NCBI GenBank assembly: GCA_041687795.1
Contig: JBDNJL010000106.1
Location: forward strand, 1-54,015
Direction of reading: 5' to 3'
Length of the DNA stretch: 54,015 bases
From: Methylotenera sp.
Lineage (GTDB): Bacteria > Pseudomonadota > Gammaproteobacteria > Burkholderiales > Methylophilaceae
Under the pieces are notes generated by a model, which was not told the origin of the DNA, did not search any database, and saw only the letters and a list, made by a program, of their open reading frames with translations. Positions 11,131 to 20,856 of this stretch are shown piece after piece; position 1 is the stretch's first letter, and each line of letters begins with the position of its first letter. A program made the position numbers and the translations under genes.

Positions 11131-11754
11131 ATGGCATATGATTTAGAAGAGCAAGAGCAATTAGACGAAATTAAAGCATGGTGGAAACGTTATGGTTCAA
11201 TGTTGAGCTACGGCTTGTTAGCGGTTGTAGTGGCTTATGCAGCATTTCAAGCTTGGCACATTTATCAAAAAAAACAATCGGTTACAGCTTCAACGCAGCA
11301 TCAGGCTTTACTTGTAACAGATGCTAAAGACTTAAAAAGTATACAAATGCAGGCAGCAGCGCTAATGGATAATTTTTCAGGTACACCGTATGCAGGTCGT
11401 GCGGCGTTATTTGTAGCTAAAGCCAACTATGAAGCTAAAGATACAAAAAGTGCTAAATTACAATTAACTTGGGCTATTGACCAAGCAAAAGAAAGCACAG
11501 TAACTGCGCTGGCCAGCTTGCAACTTGCAAATATCTTAGCTGAAGAAAACGATTTGGAAGGTGCATTAAAGGTTTTAAATGCCAAACATGACGAAGGTTT
11601 TAATGGATTATTTGCGGACTTAAAAGGCGATGTATTAGTCAGCTTGGGTAAAAAAGACGAAGCTAAAGCAGCCTATGAAGAAGCTTTGAAAAACTTAGAT
11701 CCACAAGGCAAATATCGCACTATTACACAACAAAAACTCCAAGCTTTAGGTTAA
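11131..11754 (+). CDS. yfgM: Ancillary SecYEG subunit / TPR protein YfgM
   Basis: MAYDLEEQEQLDEIKAWW, TM segment, GDVLVSLG; directly upstream of bamB. Confidence 0.92.
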   Translation: MAYDLEEQEQLDEIKAWWKRYGSMLSYGLLAVVVAYAAFQAWHIYQKKQSVTASTQHQALLVTDAKDLKSIQMQAAALMDNFSGTPYAGRAALFVAKANYEAKDTKSAKLQLTWAIDQAKESTVTALASLQLANILAEENDLEGALKVLNAKHDEGFNGLFADLKGDVLVSLGKKDEAKAAYEEALKNLDPQGKYRTITQQKLQALG

Positions 11755-11812
11755 GCGTTTTTTTTGATTTTCTGCCATATACCTACTGTTAGTTAACTAA
11801 GCTGGAGTTACT

Positions 11813-13006
11813 ATGTTATTAATGCTTCAATTTAAAAAAATAGTATTTTTAGGCTTATTGTCATTAAGTCTGTTAGTGCTTAATGCGTGTAGTGGATTGA
11901 CTGATATTAAAACCAGTGTCTCAGAAAGTATGTTTGGCCGCGAGCCAGCAGATCCGCCAGAACCTCTTACTGAAATTAAAGCAATTAAAACATCAAAAAT
12001 CTTATGGCAAGCTAAGGTTGGCGACGCTGAAGAATTTGAGTTTTCTCCAGCGGTAGAAGCGGGTTTTGCTTACGCGGCAAGTGCAGCAGGTGAAGTTGTG
12101 AAATTAGATGTGCTCAATGGTGAACAAGCTTGGCGTATAAACGCTGGTGAAAAACTCTCAGGTGGTGTGGGTGTTGGCGGGGGTTTAGTATTAGTTGGCA
12201 CGCAAAAAGGTTTATTGTATGCTTATGATATTGCTGGTAAATTGCAATGGAAAGCCAGATTAAGTAGCGAGGTTTTAAGTGCGCCAGTGTATTTTGACGG
12301 TACGGTAATCGTGCGCACAGGCGATAGCAGAATTTTCGGTATTAATGCAAATGATGGTAGCCGCAAATGGATTTATGAGCGTACAACGCCGAGCTTAAGC
12401 TTGCGTAGCAGCGCAGGCGTAGTTGTGGACAGTGGTGCGGTATACGCAGGCTTTGCCGGCGGAAAATTGATTGCTGTGCGAGCGGATAATGGGAAGTTGC
12501 TATGGGAAGCATCTGTGGCGCAACCAAAAGGCGTCACTGAAATTGAGCGTATTGCAGATATTACAAGTTTACCAGTTGTAGATGGACCATTAATTTATGC
12601 GGTTGCTTATCAAGGCAGAATTGCAGCCGTTGATCGCTTATCGGGTCGTGTGGTCTGGAACCGTGACATTTCCAGTTTAGCTGGCTTAAGCGCGGAAGAT
12701 GCAAGAATCTATGTAACGCATTCTATAGGTTCAGTCTATGCGCTCGATTACACTAGTGGAAAAACTTATTGGCGCCAAGCGGGGCTCAAAAACCGTCAAT
12801 TAACAGTGCCAGTACCATTAGGTGATGTAGTTGCGGTGGGTGATTTAGAAGGTTATGTGCATTTCTTAAATCGTGATGAAGGCGCGTTTGTTGCTAGAGT
12901 TCAAACCAATAGTAGCGCGTTTATGTCTCGTATGGCGATGGTGAATAGCAATACTGTGATAGCACAAGCAAGAGATGGCGGGCTATACGCGCTACAAGTT
13001 AAATAG
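11813..13006 (+). CDS. bamB: Outer membrane protein assembly factor BamB
   Basis: Lipobox LNAC, PQQ-like beta-propeller repeats, GDLEGYVHFL; synteny yfgM-bamB-der. Confidence 0.94.
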   Translation: MLLMLQFKKIVFLGLLSLSLLVLNACSGLTDIKTSVSESMFGREPADPPEPLTEIKAIKTSKILWQAKVGDAEEFEFSPAVEAGFAYAASAAGEVVKLDVLNGEQAWRINAGEKLSGGVGVGGGLVLVGTQKGLLYAYDIAGKLQWKARLSSEVLSAPVYFDGTVIVRTGDSRIFGINANDGSRKWIYERTTPSLSLRSSAGVVVDSGAVYAGFAGGKLIAVRADNGKLLWEASVAQPKGVTEIERIADITSLPVVDGPLIYAVAYQGRIAAVDRLSGRVVWNRDISSLAGLSAEDARIYVTHSIGSVYALDYTSGKTYWRQAGLKNRQLTVPVPLGDVVAVGDLEGYVHFLNRDEGAFVARVQTNSSAFMSRMAMVNSNTVIAQARDGGLYALQVK

Positions 13007-13149
13007 ACTAAAAATAATAATCTTTAAAAGTAGCTTTAACTGAAATAGTTGAAGATATTCTTAGCATTTTCAATAATTCATCCTAAATTACAAGTAATCA
13101 TTACTGGCAATCTATTAGGCACTCATTAAGACTATATTAAGATACATCT

Positions 13150-14604
13150 ATGATACCTACCATTGTTTTGGTTGGCCGACCTAATGTTGGCAAATCCACC
13201 TTATTTAATCGTTTAACTAAAAGCAGAGATGCACTTGTTGCAGATTTGCCAGGACTAACTCGCGATCGTCATTATGGGCGTGGCGTTGGTGCCAGTCAGC
13301 CTTATCTTGTGGTCGATACTGGTGGTTTTGAGCCGAATACTGACAATGGTATTTTAAAAGCGATGGCGAAACAAACCCTATTAGCGATTGATGAAGCCGA
13401 CATTATTATCTTTTTGGTAGATGGACGACAAGGCGCAACGCCTCAAGACATGGATATTGCTAATCGGTTACGCAGAAGTCGTTGCCCAGTTCTGTTAGCA
13501 GTGAATAAAACTGAAGGAATGCAAAAAGCTATTGTTAGCGCTGACTTTCACGAGCTAGGTCTGGGCGATCCACTTTCTATATCATCCGCACATGGAGAAG
13601 GTGTTAAAGACATCGTTGAATTAGCGCTAGAAAATTTTGTTGTAGATGAAGCGCCAGAAACAAACGATTACACAGGCGATAGAATTCCAAAAGTGGCCAT
13701 TGTTGGTCGCCCAAATGTTGGTAAATCTACACTAGTGAACGCGCTGTTGGGTGAGGAGCGTGTAATTGCTTTTGATGAACCAGGAACAACGCGCGACTCA
13801 ATACATATAGATTTAGAAAAAAACGGTAAAAATTACACCTTAATTGATACCGCAGGTGTGAGAAAACGCGGCCGCGTGCTTGAAGCAGTTGAGAAGTTTT
13901 CTGTCATCAAAACAATACAGGCAATTGAAGAAGCCAACGTTGTTATTTTGGTGGTTGACGCGCAAGAAGGTATTACTGAGCAAGATGCGCATGTGGCAGC
14001 TTACATTTTAGATGCGGGACGTGCATTAGTAGTTGCGATTAACAAATGGGACGGCTTAAAAGAAGAAGAACGTGATTGGATTAAACGCGAAATCGACCGT
14101 AAGCTTATTTTCTTAGATTTCGCTGAGTTTCATTACATTTCAGCATTACACAAAAAAGGTTTGCCAGAACTATTTAAGTCTGTAGATGTTGCCTTTAAAG
14201 CAGCATTTGCAAAATTAGCTACTCCACAATTAACCCGAGTATTAATTGATGCACTGCAACAACATCAACCATCTATTAGCCGTGGTATCCGCCCAAAATT
14301 ACGTTATGCACATCAAGGCGGAAGTAACCCACCAATAGTGGTCATTCATGGTAACCATGTAGATGGTGTGAAAGACGCTTATACGCGCTTTTTAGAAAAA
14401 ACATTCCGTAGAACGTTCCAGTTATCTGGTACTCCGCTTAGAGTGCAGTATAAACAAGGTGCAAATCCGTTTGCAGAAGATGAAGATAAACGCAAATCTG
14501 GTGAAGGTATTGTGAGCATGCGTCGTCGTAAAACTGCACAACGCGCTGAATTAAAGCAAAAAAAAGAAGGTGAAGAGAAAGACAGAAAAGCTAAAAAACA
14601 CTAG
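13150..14604 (+). CDS. der: Ribosome biogenesis GTPase Der (EngA)
   Basis: Two GRPNVGKS G-domains plus a KH-like domain. Confidence 0.97.
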   Translation: MIPTIVLVGRPNVGKSTLFNRLTKSRDALVADLPGLTRDRHYGRGVGASQPYLVVDTGGFEPNTDNGILKAMAKQTLLAIDEADIIIFLVDGRQGATPQDMDIANRLRRSRCPVLLAVNKTEGMQKAIVSADFHELGLGDPLSISSAHGEGVKDIVELALENFVVDEAPETNDYTGDRIPKVAIVGRPNVGKSTLVNALLGEERVIAFDEPGTTRDSIHIDLEKNGKNYTLIDTAGVRKRGRVLEAVEKFSVIKTIQAIEEANVVILVVDAQEGITEQDAHVAAYILDAGRALVVAINKWDGLKEEERDWIKREIDRKLIFLDFAEFHYISALHKKGLPELFKSVDVAFKAAFAKLATPQLTRVLIDALQQHQPSISRGIRPKLRYAHQGGSNPPIVVIHGNHVDGVKDAYTRFLEKTFRRTFQLSGTPLRVQYKQGANPFAEDEDKRKSGEGIVSMRRRKTAQRAELKQKKEGEEKDRKAKKH

Positions 14605-14607
14605 AGA

Positions 14608-14946
14608 CTATAGGTCTGGATATTGCTCTAGACTTTTGTTTTCTTTGGGTATTTCATAAGGGTCAGCAACGTAAGCAGGACCTTTCATTATTAATACAAT
14701 CACGCAGCCGATAAATGCCACACCTACAAAAAACCATACGCTAAATATCAAACCTAAGCATTGGTAAATAACTTTTTGTTGGTCTTGGCTAACTGTTTGG
14801 TTGCCAAAATAAATTGCAAGAATTATTGCTAAAGGTATTGAAGCACCGATGACAAAAGCGAGTGGTAATTTCTTGAAAAGTGACCACTCAAAACCAGGCT
14901 TTGACCTGACATATCCAGGTAGTTTGTTAAAATATCTCATATTCAC
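14608..14946 (-). CDS. Small two-TM hypothetical membrane protein
   Basis: Two hydrophobic helices ending MKGPAYVADPY; co-oriented with and directly downstream of bamD. Confidence 0.75.
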   Translation of the reverse strand: MNMRYFNKLPGYVRSKPGFEWSLFKKLPLAFVIGASIPLAIILAIYFGNQTVSQDQQKVIYQCLGLIFSVWFFVGVAFIGCVIVLIMKGPAYVADPYEIPKENKSLEQYPDL

Positions 14947-14990
14947 ATGTGAGTAAGTTACACAAATTTAGTTGCAGTATTTTATTACTA

Positions 14991-15794
14991 TTAATACAAA
15001 CTTTCCCAGAATTTCCACCAAATACGTTCGTCGCTTGGTGCTCCTTTGCTTAATATAGAGCTTTGTGGATAGTTGGTTTTTAAAATACGCAAAGAGTCAG
15101 TTTTTAAATTATCCAAGCCAGATAAGTCATAAGCACTAATCATAATGACAAGGGCTTCTTCAAGGCTTGGTGATTGCGGATAATACTCAAGCACGTATTT
15201 ACAGCGGTTGACAGCAGCAATATAAGCTTGGCGTCTCATGTAATAGCGTGCGACATGAAGCTCATGCTCAGCTAAACTGTTAGATAAATACACCATGCGT
15301 TGTGTTGCATCTTTTACATAGCGGCTATTTGGGTAACGGGTGACTAAATCTTTAAACGTAGCGAATGAGTCGCGTAACGCGCGAGGATCTCGATCACTAA
15401 CTTGTTGCTTACTTAGCTTTTCAATAATGCCGCGCTCATTAAAAACTGCTAGAGCTTTTAAATAATAAGCATAATCTACATTCGGGTGGTTAGGGTGTAG
15501 TTTTATAAAACGATCTGCCGCAGCCACGCATAAAACAGGGTCTTGTTTTTTGTAATGAGCATAGGCTATTTCTAGTTGTGCTTGAGTGGCAAATCGACCA
15601 TTAGGGTAACGAGACTCTAACTTACCAAAATAAACAATAGCTTTGACGTAATCTTTATCACGCATTTTTGTTTGACCTTCTTGGTAAATACGTTCTGCGG
15701 TCCAGCCTTTAGTATCGTCAAGCTCTGTTGGTTTACCAAATATTGAGCAACCGTTGATTAACAAAGCAAAGATTAAAATTAAGATATACTTCAT
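14991..15794 (-). CDS. bamD: Outer membrane protein assembly factor BamD (ComL)
   Basis: Signal MKYILILIFALLINGC, HPNHPNVDYAYYL, TPR repeats; divergent from rluD. Start set at ATG 15794. Confidence 0.95.
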   Translation of the reverse strand: MKYILILIFALLINGCSIFGKPTELDDTKGWTAERIYQEGQTKMRDKDYVKAIVYFGKLESRYPNGRFATQAQLEIAYAHYKKQDPVLCVAAADRFIKLHPNHPNVDYAYYLKALAVFNERGIIEKLSKQQVSDRDPRALRDSFATFKDLVTRYPNSRYVKDATQRMVYLSNSLAEHELHVARYYMRRQAYIAAVNRCKYVLEYYPQSPSLEEALVIMISAYDLSGLDNLKTDSLRILKTNYPQSSILSKGAPSDERIWWKFWESLY

Positions 15795-15832
15795 GCCCAA
15801 ACCTACTAAAGAATTATCAATTATTATAACCG

Positions 15833-16942
15833 ATGACTGACACTGCGGAACGTACTCAAAACAATACAATTACACTGACTATTTCACAAGAAATGGGCGG
15901 CCTTCGGCTGGATGTTGCATTACAACGTTTATTACCAGATCATTCTCGCTCACGTTTGCAAGCGTGGATTAAAGGGAGTTTAGTGACAGTAGATGGGAAA
16001 ACCAGTACTGCTAAAAATAAAGTTTGGGGTGGGGAGCAAGTGTTAGTGCAAATACAACCCAAGCCCGAAGCTTACGCATTTGTCGCGCAAGATATCCCGC
16101 TAAATATTGTGTTTGAAGATGACCATATTTTAGTCATTAGTAAACCTGCGGGTATGGTGGTGCATCCAGCCGCTGGCAATTGGGAGGGTACGTTGCTCAA
16201 CGCTTTGCTATTTCATGCGCCACAATTAAAAAATGTACCACGTGCTGGCATTGTGCACCGCCTAGATAAAGAAACTAGCGGTTTGTTGGTGGTAGCAAAA
16301 ACGCTGGCAGCCCAAACTAACTTGGTGCGCCAGTTACAGGCGCGCACAGTTAAGCGTGAATACCGCGCAATTGTGTGGGGCCAAATTTGGCGAAACGGTA
16401 CGATAGACCAACCGATTGGTCGCGACCCGCGTTCGCGCACTAAAATGGCGATTAACCGAATGGGAAAACCTGCGATTACACGTTATGAGGTACTAGAGCG
16501 TTTTTCAGTGCAAACCTATATGCGCTGCAATTTAGAAACAGGTCGTACGCATCAAATTCGTGTGCATATGCAGTTTTTAAAAGCACCAATTGTTGGAGAC
16601 GCAGTTTACGGTTATCGAGGAATTATACCAATTCGCGCAATGACGCAAACTTTACGCGATGAAGTGACCCAGTTTAATCGACAAGCTTTACATGCGATTA
16701 AATTAGGCTTGCTGCACCCGGCTACTAATGAGTTTGTGGAGTGGCAAATTGAGTTAGCCGATGACATGAAAGTATTATTAGAAGCCATGCGCCATGAAGA
16801 TGTAAGAGATGATGATGAGGAAAATTTTGAGCTAAGTAGTGAGCCGTATTTATCTGACGAAGATTATGAAGACTTAGAAGATGAGGGCGGAGATGATGAC
16901 GATTTTGTCGATGAAGATGAAGATTTAGATGAAGCTGGCTAG
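15833..16942 (+). CDS. rluD: 23S rRNA pseudouridine synthase RluD, with acidic C-terminal tail
   Basis: S4 domain, GIVHRLDKETSG, LETGRTHQIRVH. Confidence 0.96.
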   Translation: MTDTAERTQNNTITLTISQEMGGLRLDVALQRLLPDHSRSRLQAWIKGSLVTVDGKTSTAKNKVWGGEQVLVQIQPKPEAYAFVAQDIPLNIVFEDDHILVISKPAGMVVHPAAGNWEGTLLNALLFHAPQLKNVPRAGIVHRLDKETSGLLVVAKTLAAQTNLVRQLQARTVKREYRAIVWGQIWRNGTIDQPIGRDPRSRTKMAINRMGKPAITRYEVLERFSVQTYMRCNLETGRTHQIRVHMQFLKAPIVGDAVYGYRGIIPIRAMTQTLRDEVTQFNRQALHAIKLGLLHPATNEFVEWQIELADDMKVLLEAMRHEDVRDDDEENFELSSEPYLSDEDYEDLEDEGGDDDDFVDEDEDLDEAG

Positions 16943-16952
16943 CGCTTAAGTC

Positions 16953-17693
16953 ATGCAATCACTTATTTTTATAACTCCAAAATGGCCAGCACCAGGCAAC
17001 GTCAAAGCCCTTCAAACAACAAGAGTTGGTGGCATGAGTCGCGCGCCTTTTGCAAGTTTGAATTTTGGTGAACATGTACAAGACAATCCATTAACAGTAG
17101 CGCAGAACCGTCAATTACTTAGCCGATATTTGCCCAGTGAGCCAGTGTGGCTAAATCAAGTACATGGTATTGACGTAATTGATGCTGCAAAAAGTGCTTG
17201 TTTAGCGAATGCAGATGCAAGTTTTGCTATGAAAAAAAATGTGGTGTGTGTGACGATGACAGCAGACTGCTTACCAGTTTTGCTATGTGACACAGCAGGG
17301 ACGGTAGTTGCAGCAGTGCATGCAGGTTGGCGCGGGCTGTGTGATGGCGTGATTGAAGCCACAGCGAGTAAAATGCCAGTTGACCCAAGTAAACTAATGG
17401 CTTGGTTAGGCCCCGCGATTGGCCCAAACGCGTTTGAGCTTGGTGATGAAGTACATAAACAGTTTATACAAAAAGATGCAAAAGCCGCTTTAGCGTTTCG
17501 TCCTCATGCTGATAAATGGCTGGGCGATTTGTATTTAATTGCACGGCAGCGATTAAACAGTATAGGCGTAACGCAAATTTATGGTGGTGGTGTTAAAGAA
17601 AACTTTTGTACTTACACTGATGAGTCGCGGTTTTTTTCTTTTAGACGAGATAACATTACGGGTCGCATGGCGAGTTTAATTTGGCTAGCTTAA
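16953..17693 (+). CDS. pgeF: Peptidoglycan editing factor / purine nucleoside phosphorylase YfiH
   Basis: LNQVHG, TADCLPV, HAGWRG, FFSFRR; follows rluD. Confidence 0.93.
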   Translation: MQSLIFITPKWPAPGNVKALQTTRVGGMSRAPFASLNFGEHVQDNPLTVAQNRQLLSRYLPSEPVWLNQVHGIDVIDAAKSACLANADASFAMKKNVVCVTMTADCLPVLLCDTAGTVVAAVHAGWRGLCDGVIEATASKMPVDPSKLMAWLGPAIGPNAFELGDEVHKQFIQKDAKAALAFRPHADKWLGDLYLIARQRLNSIGVTQIYGGGVKENFCTYTDESRFFSFRRDNITGRMASLIWLA

Positions 17694-17755
17694 TCGCATT
17701 AATGCACTATTCATTTAGTGATATTAGTGTATCTAAACTATAATGCCACCTTTGC

Positions 17756-17774
17756 GATTTTTATAATCGTTATC
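17756..17774 (+). promoter_or_regulatory. Putative Fur-family box upstream of the ZIP transporter
   Basis: GATTTTTATAATCGTTATC matches 15/19 of GATAATGATAATCATTATC; just downstream of a TATAAT at 17739-17744. Confidence 0.5.
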
Positions 17775-17820
17775 GAGCGTAATCAAGTGCTTAAAGCTTA
17801 TCAATTACCTCAGCAAAAAT

Positions 17821-17850
17821 AAAACTTAACCGATTTTTTCAGGCACATTT
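17821..17850 (-). repeat. Dispersed 30-bp repeat, copy 4
   Basis: Minus strand AAATGTGCCTGAAAAAATCGGTTAAGTTTT; touches the TTG start of the ZIP gene. Confidence 0.9.
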
Positions 17851-18731
17851 TGGAATTTACAACACTCACTTATATTATTAGTTTTTGCTTGCTTGGCGGT
17901 ATTCTAAGCGTGAGTATGGCTGCAATATTTGCGCTTAATGTAAAAACAACATGGGTGCCAATGTTGGTGAGTTTTGCCATTGGAGCAATGCTTGGTGCGG
18001 TATTTATAGAAATTTTGCCCCATGCTTTTGCAGAAGCGAATAACGTTAAAAGTGTGTCTATGACGTTACTATTTGGCCTATTTTTATTTTTTATACTAGA
18101 AAAACTAGTCATTTGGCGACACTGCCACGGTGATCATTGCGAAGTGCATGCACTTCACACTGAAGAAAACTGTCCAGAAACGCACCCAGTTTCGAATGAA
18201 AAAACTAAGTATAAAACAGCACTCAGTAAACAACCGGCAATTTCTGCGCATCATGGTCGTTTACACGCACATATTAATGATGGTGGACGCAGTGGCATGA
18301 TGATTATGATAGGGGATACATTTCACAACTTTATTGACGGTATTTTAATTGCCGCGGCATTTATTGTAGATGTAAAGCTTGGTATGGTGACAGCGATAGC
18401 AATTATTGCGCATGAAATTCCGCAAGAAGTCGGCGATTTTTTAATTCTCTTGCATTCTGGCTATAGTAAAAAACAAGCACTTATTTTTAATTTAGTTTCT
18501 AGCTTGGCAACGCTGATTGGCGGTTTAATTGCTTATTATGCGTTGCAGATAGTGCAAAGCTGGGTGCCTTATATTTTGGCATTGGCGGCAGCAAGCTTGC
18601 TGTATGTTGCGGTGGCGGATTTAATTCCTAGCTTGCATAAACGTACTGAATTAAAAGCGACATTAGCACAAGTGTTACTCATCGCTTTTGGTGTTAGTAC
18701 TATCGGTATCGTGCACGTTTTCATCGCTTAA
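17850..18731 (+). CDS. ZIP family divalent metal transporter
   Basis: HNFIDG and AHEIPQEVGDF motifs, His-rich loop, multiple TM segments; TTG start with an in-frame stop 10 codons upstream. Confidence 0.92.
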   Translation: MEFTTLTYIISFCLLGGILSVSMAAIFALNVKTTWVPMLVSFAIGAMLGAVFIEILPHAFAEANNVKSVSMTLLFGLFLFFILEKLVIWRHCHGDHCEVHALHTEENCPETHPVSNEKTKYKTALSKQPAISAHHGRLHAHINDGGRSGMMIMIGDTFHNFIDGILIAAAFIVDVKLGMVTAIAIIAHEIPQEVGDFLILLHSGYSKKQALIFNLVSSLATLIGGLIAYYALQIVQSWVPYILALAAASLLYVAVADLIPSLHKRTELKATLAQVLLIAFGVSTIGIVHVFIA

Positions 18732-18917
18732 TGCTTCGGCTTCTAGCGATTTTTGATGCAGTTTATGGCGCCGATGATTTCTACCCAAAATCCATAATAA
18801 TAAAGCGCAAGGTAATAAGCCGTAAAATATAAATGTGAGTGAGCCTGCAGTAATATTTTTTTCAGTCGCTGCCATCAGTACGACAACGTAAATCCAAGCA
18901 ATTGCAATAATGTACAT
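18675..18917 (-). CDS. Small two-TM hypothetical membrane protein
   Basis: MYIIAIAWIYVVVLMA...TFIFYGLLP hydrophobic pair; its 3' end overlaps the ZIP 3' end by 57 bp. Confidence 0.65.
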   Translation of the reverse strand: MYIIAIAWIYVVVLMAATEKNITAGSLTFIFYGLLPCALLLWILGRNHRRHKLHQKSLEAEALSDENVHDTDSTNTKSDE

Positions 18918-18968
18918 AATTTTTAAATGTGAGCCAAATAATGAGTATAAGCAAATGAGTTTAACCAG

Positions 18969-20315
18969 ATGAGTTTATCTAGTCCAAAAGTGGGTTTTGT
19001 TTCGTTAGGTTGCCCCAAAGCGGGCTCAGATGCAGAGCGTATTCTCACCCAATTGCGAGCAGAAGGCTATGAAATTTCGTCTTCATATGAAGATTCTGAT
19101 TTGGTTGTAGTCAATACCTGTGGATTTATTGACTCTGCTGTGCAAGAGTCTTTAGATGCAATTGGCGAGGCAATTAATAAAAATGGCAAAGTGATTGTTA
19201 CTGGTTGTTTAGGCGCAAAAAAAGGTGTGGTAGAAGCGGCGCACCCAAGTGTATTGGCTGTTACCGGCCCGCATGCTTTAGAGGAGGTGATGACGCATGT
19301 ACATGCTAATTTGCCAAAAATGCATGAGCCGTTCGTTGATTTAGTGCCTCCACAAGGTATCCGTTTAACCCCTAGTCACTATGCGTATTTAAAAATTTCA
19401 GAAGGTTGTAATCACCGGTGTAGCTTTTGTATTATTCCAAGTATGCGTGGTGATTTAGTGAGTCGTCCAATTGGTGAAGTCTTGAATGAGGCGGAGAATT
19501 TAGTCAACGCTGGTGTTTCTGAAATTTTAGTCATTTCCCAAGATACTTCTGCTTATGGAGTTGACGTGAAATATCGCCCTGGCTTTTGGAATGGTCGGCC
19601 AGTCAAAACACGTATGACAGAGCTGACGCAAGCCTTGAGCGAGCTAGGTGTTTGGACGCGATTACATTATGTATATCCATATCCGCATGTGGATGAAGTC
19701 ATCCCATTGATGGCAGAAGGTTTAATTTTGCCCTATTTAGATGTGCCTTTTCAGCATGCTAGCCCACGTATTTTAAAAGCTATGAAACGTCCAGCAAGCA
19801 GCGAAAATAATCTAGCACGCATTAAAGCTTGGCGAGAAATCTGCCCAGACATCACGGTGCGTAGTACTTTTATTGCAGGTTTTCCAGGGGAAACGGAAGA
19901 TGATTTTAAAGTTCTGTTAGACTTTTTAGAAGAAGCACAGCTAGATAGGGTAGGGTGTTTCGCCTATTCAGCGGTGGATGGCGCAAAAGCGAATGAATTA
20001 CCAGACCCAGTGCCAGAAGAATTGAAACAAGAGCGTTTGGCAAGGTTTATGGAAGTGCAAGAACGCATTAGCGCGGCGAAATTACAAATTAAAATAGGTA
20101 CGATGCAAACTGTTTTAGTGGATGAAATTGTTGTAGATGAGCAAGGTAACATTATAGCGATTGGTCGCACAAAAGCCGATGCACCTGAAATTGACGGTGT
20201 AGTGTATTTAGACGATGCTGAGGGTTTAATGCCAGGCGACTTTGTAGAAGTACAGATTCATGATGCAGATGGTCATGATTTATGGGGTGGGCCACCGAAA
20301 GTTAATAATCATTAA
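18969..20315 (+). CDS. rimO: Ribosomal protein S12 methylthiotransferase
   Basis: [26 protein letters not shown] domain with DAPEIDG. Confidence 0.97.
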   Translation: MSLSSPKVGFVSLGCPKAGSDAERILTQLRAEGYEISSSYEDSDLVVVNTCGFIDSAVQESLDAIGEAINKNGKVIVTGCLGAKKGVVEAAHPSVLAVTGPHALEEVMTHVHANLPKMHEPFVDLVPPQGIRLTPSHYAYLKISEGCNHRCSFCIIPSMRGDLVSRPIGEVLNEAENLVNAGVSEILVISQDTSAYGVDVKYRPGFWNGRPVKTRMTELTQALSELGVWTRLHYVYPYPHVDEVIPLMAEGLILPYLDVPFQHASPRILKAMKRPASSENNLARIKAWREICPDITVRSTFIAGFPGETEDDFKVLLDFLEEAQLDRVGCFAYSAVDGAKANELPDPVPEELKQERLARFMEVQERISAAKLQIKIGTMQTVLVDEIVVDEQGNIIAIGRTKADAPEIDGVVYLDDAEGLMPGDFVEVQIHDADGHDLWGGPPKVNNH

Positions 20316-20329
20316 CGAACATATTTTTA

Positions 20330-20359
20330 AAATGTGTCTATAAAAAACCGTTAAGTTTT
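20330..20359 (+). repeat. Dispersed 30-bp repeat, copy 5
   Basis: AAATGTGTCTATAAAAAACCGTTAAGTTTT, 14 nt after the rimO stop. Confidence 0.95.
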
Positions 20360-20367
20360 TTACCTCA

Positions 20368-20413
20368 AAGAGTTAAAGCTTTAAGTTTTTCTCAACTTAA
20401 AGCTTTAACTCTT
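20368..20413. terminator. Perfect 20-bp inverted repeat between convergent genes, probable bidirectional terminator
   Basis: AAGAGTTAAAGCTTTAAGTT-TTTCTC-AACTTAAAGCTTTAACTCTT. Confidence 0.7.
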
Positions 20414-20417
20414 AATT

Positions 20418-20765
20418 TTAAACAACACTAAACAAATCTGGCAATATCGGCGCGGGCCTTTGGCTATCCGCGCGGTCTTCTAAAAAATCAAAGGTGAGTG
20501 GACAGCGCGTTGGTTTTCGCACGGCTTTACGGCGTTTTGGTGTGGCGGCAGTTAAATCAATGTAAGGTGTTTGGCTCACTCTTATGTAGCCAGATGATGT
20601 GAGTTTTAGTGCGGTAGTTTCAAAGAGACTAAGCGGGTTGTCAATATTTTGTAGGGTGACAACTTGCGAGCTTTCACCCCCAACTTTACTGACTTTCAAT
20701 ACGTTATACATCACAAGCTTGGCCGAAGTTTGCTTGGCGTATATCTCACCAATATGAATATCCAT
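20418..20765 (-). CDS. Hypothetical protein (115 aa)
   Basis: ATG with AAGGAA SD; fills the gap downstream of the GGDEF-EAL gene; no family recognised. Confidence 0.7.
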   Translation of the reverse strand: MDIHIGEIYAKQTSAKLVMYNVLKVSKVGGESSQVVTLQNIDNPLSLFETTALKLTSSGYIRVSQTPYIDLTAATPKRRKAVRKPTRCPLTFDFLEDRADSQRPAPILPDLFSVV

Positions 20766-20856
20766 GATGTTCCTTATGCATTGTCTGCATCATAGTCTCA
20801 GATTTATTCACATACAAGGGTTTGCTAGCGTTTTATAGTGAATAATATTAGTAGTC

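Noticed and set aside
15795-15869. N-terminal extension of BamD overlapping rluD
   Set aside because: The lipoprotein signal begins at ATG 15794; the extension would overlap the divergent gene.
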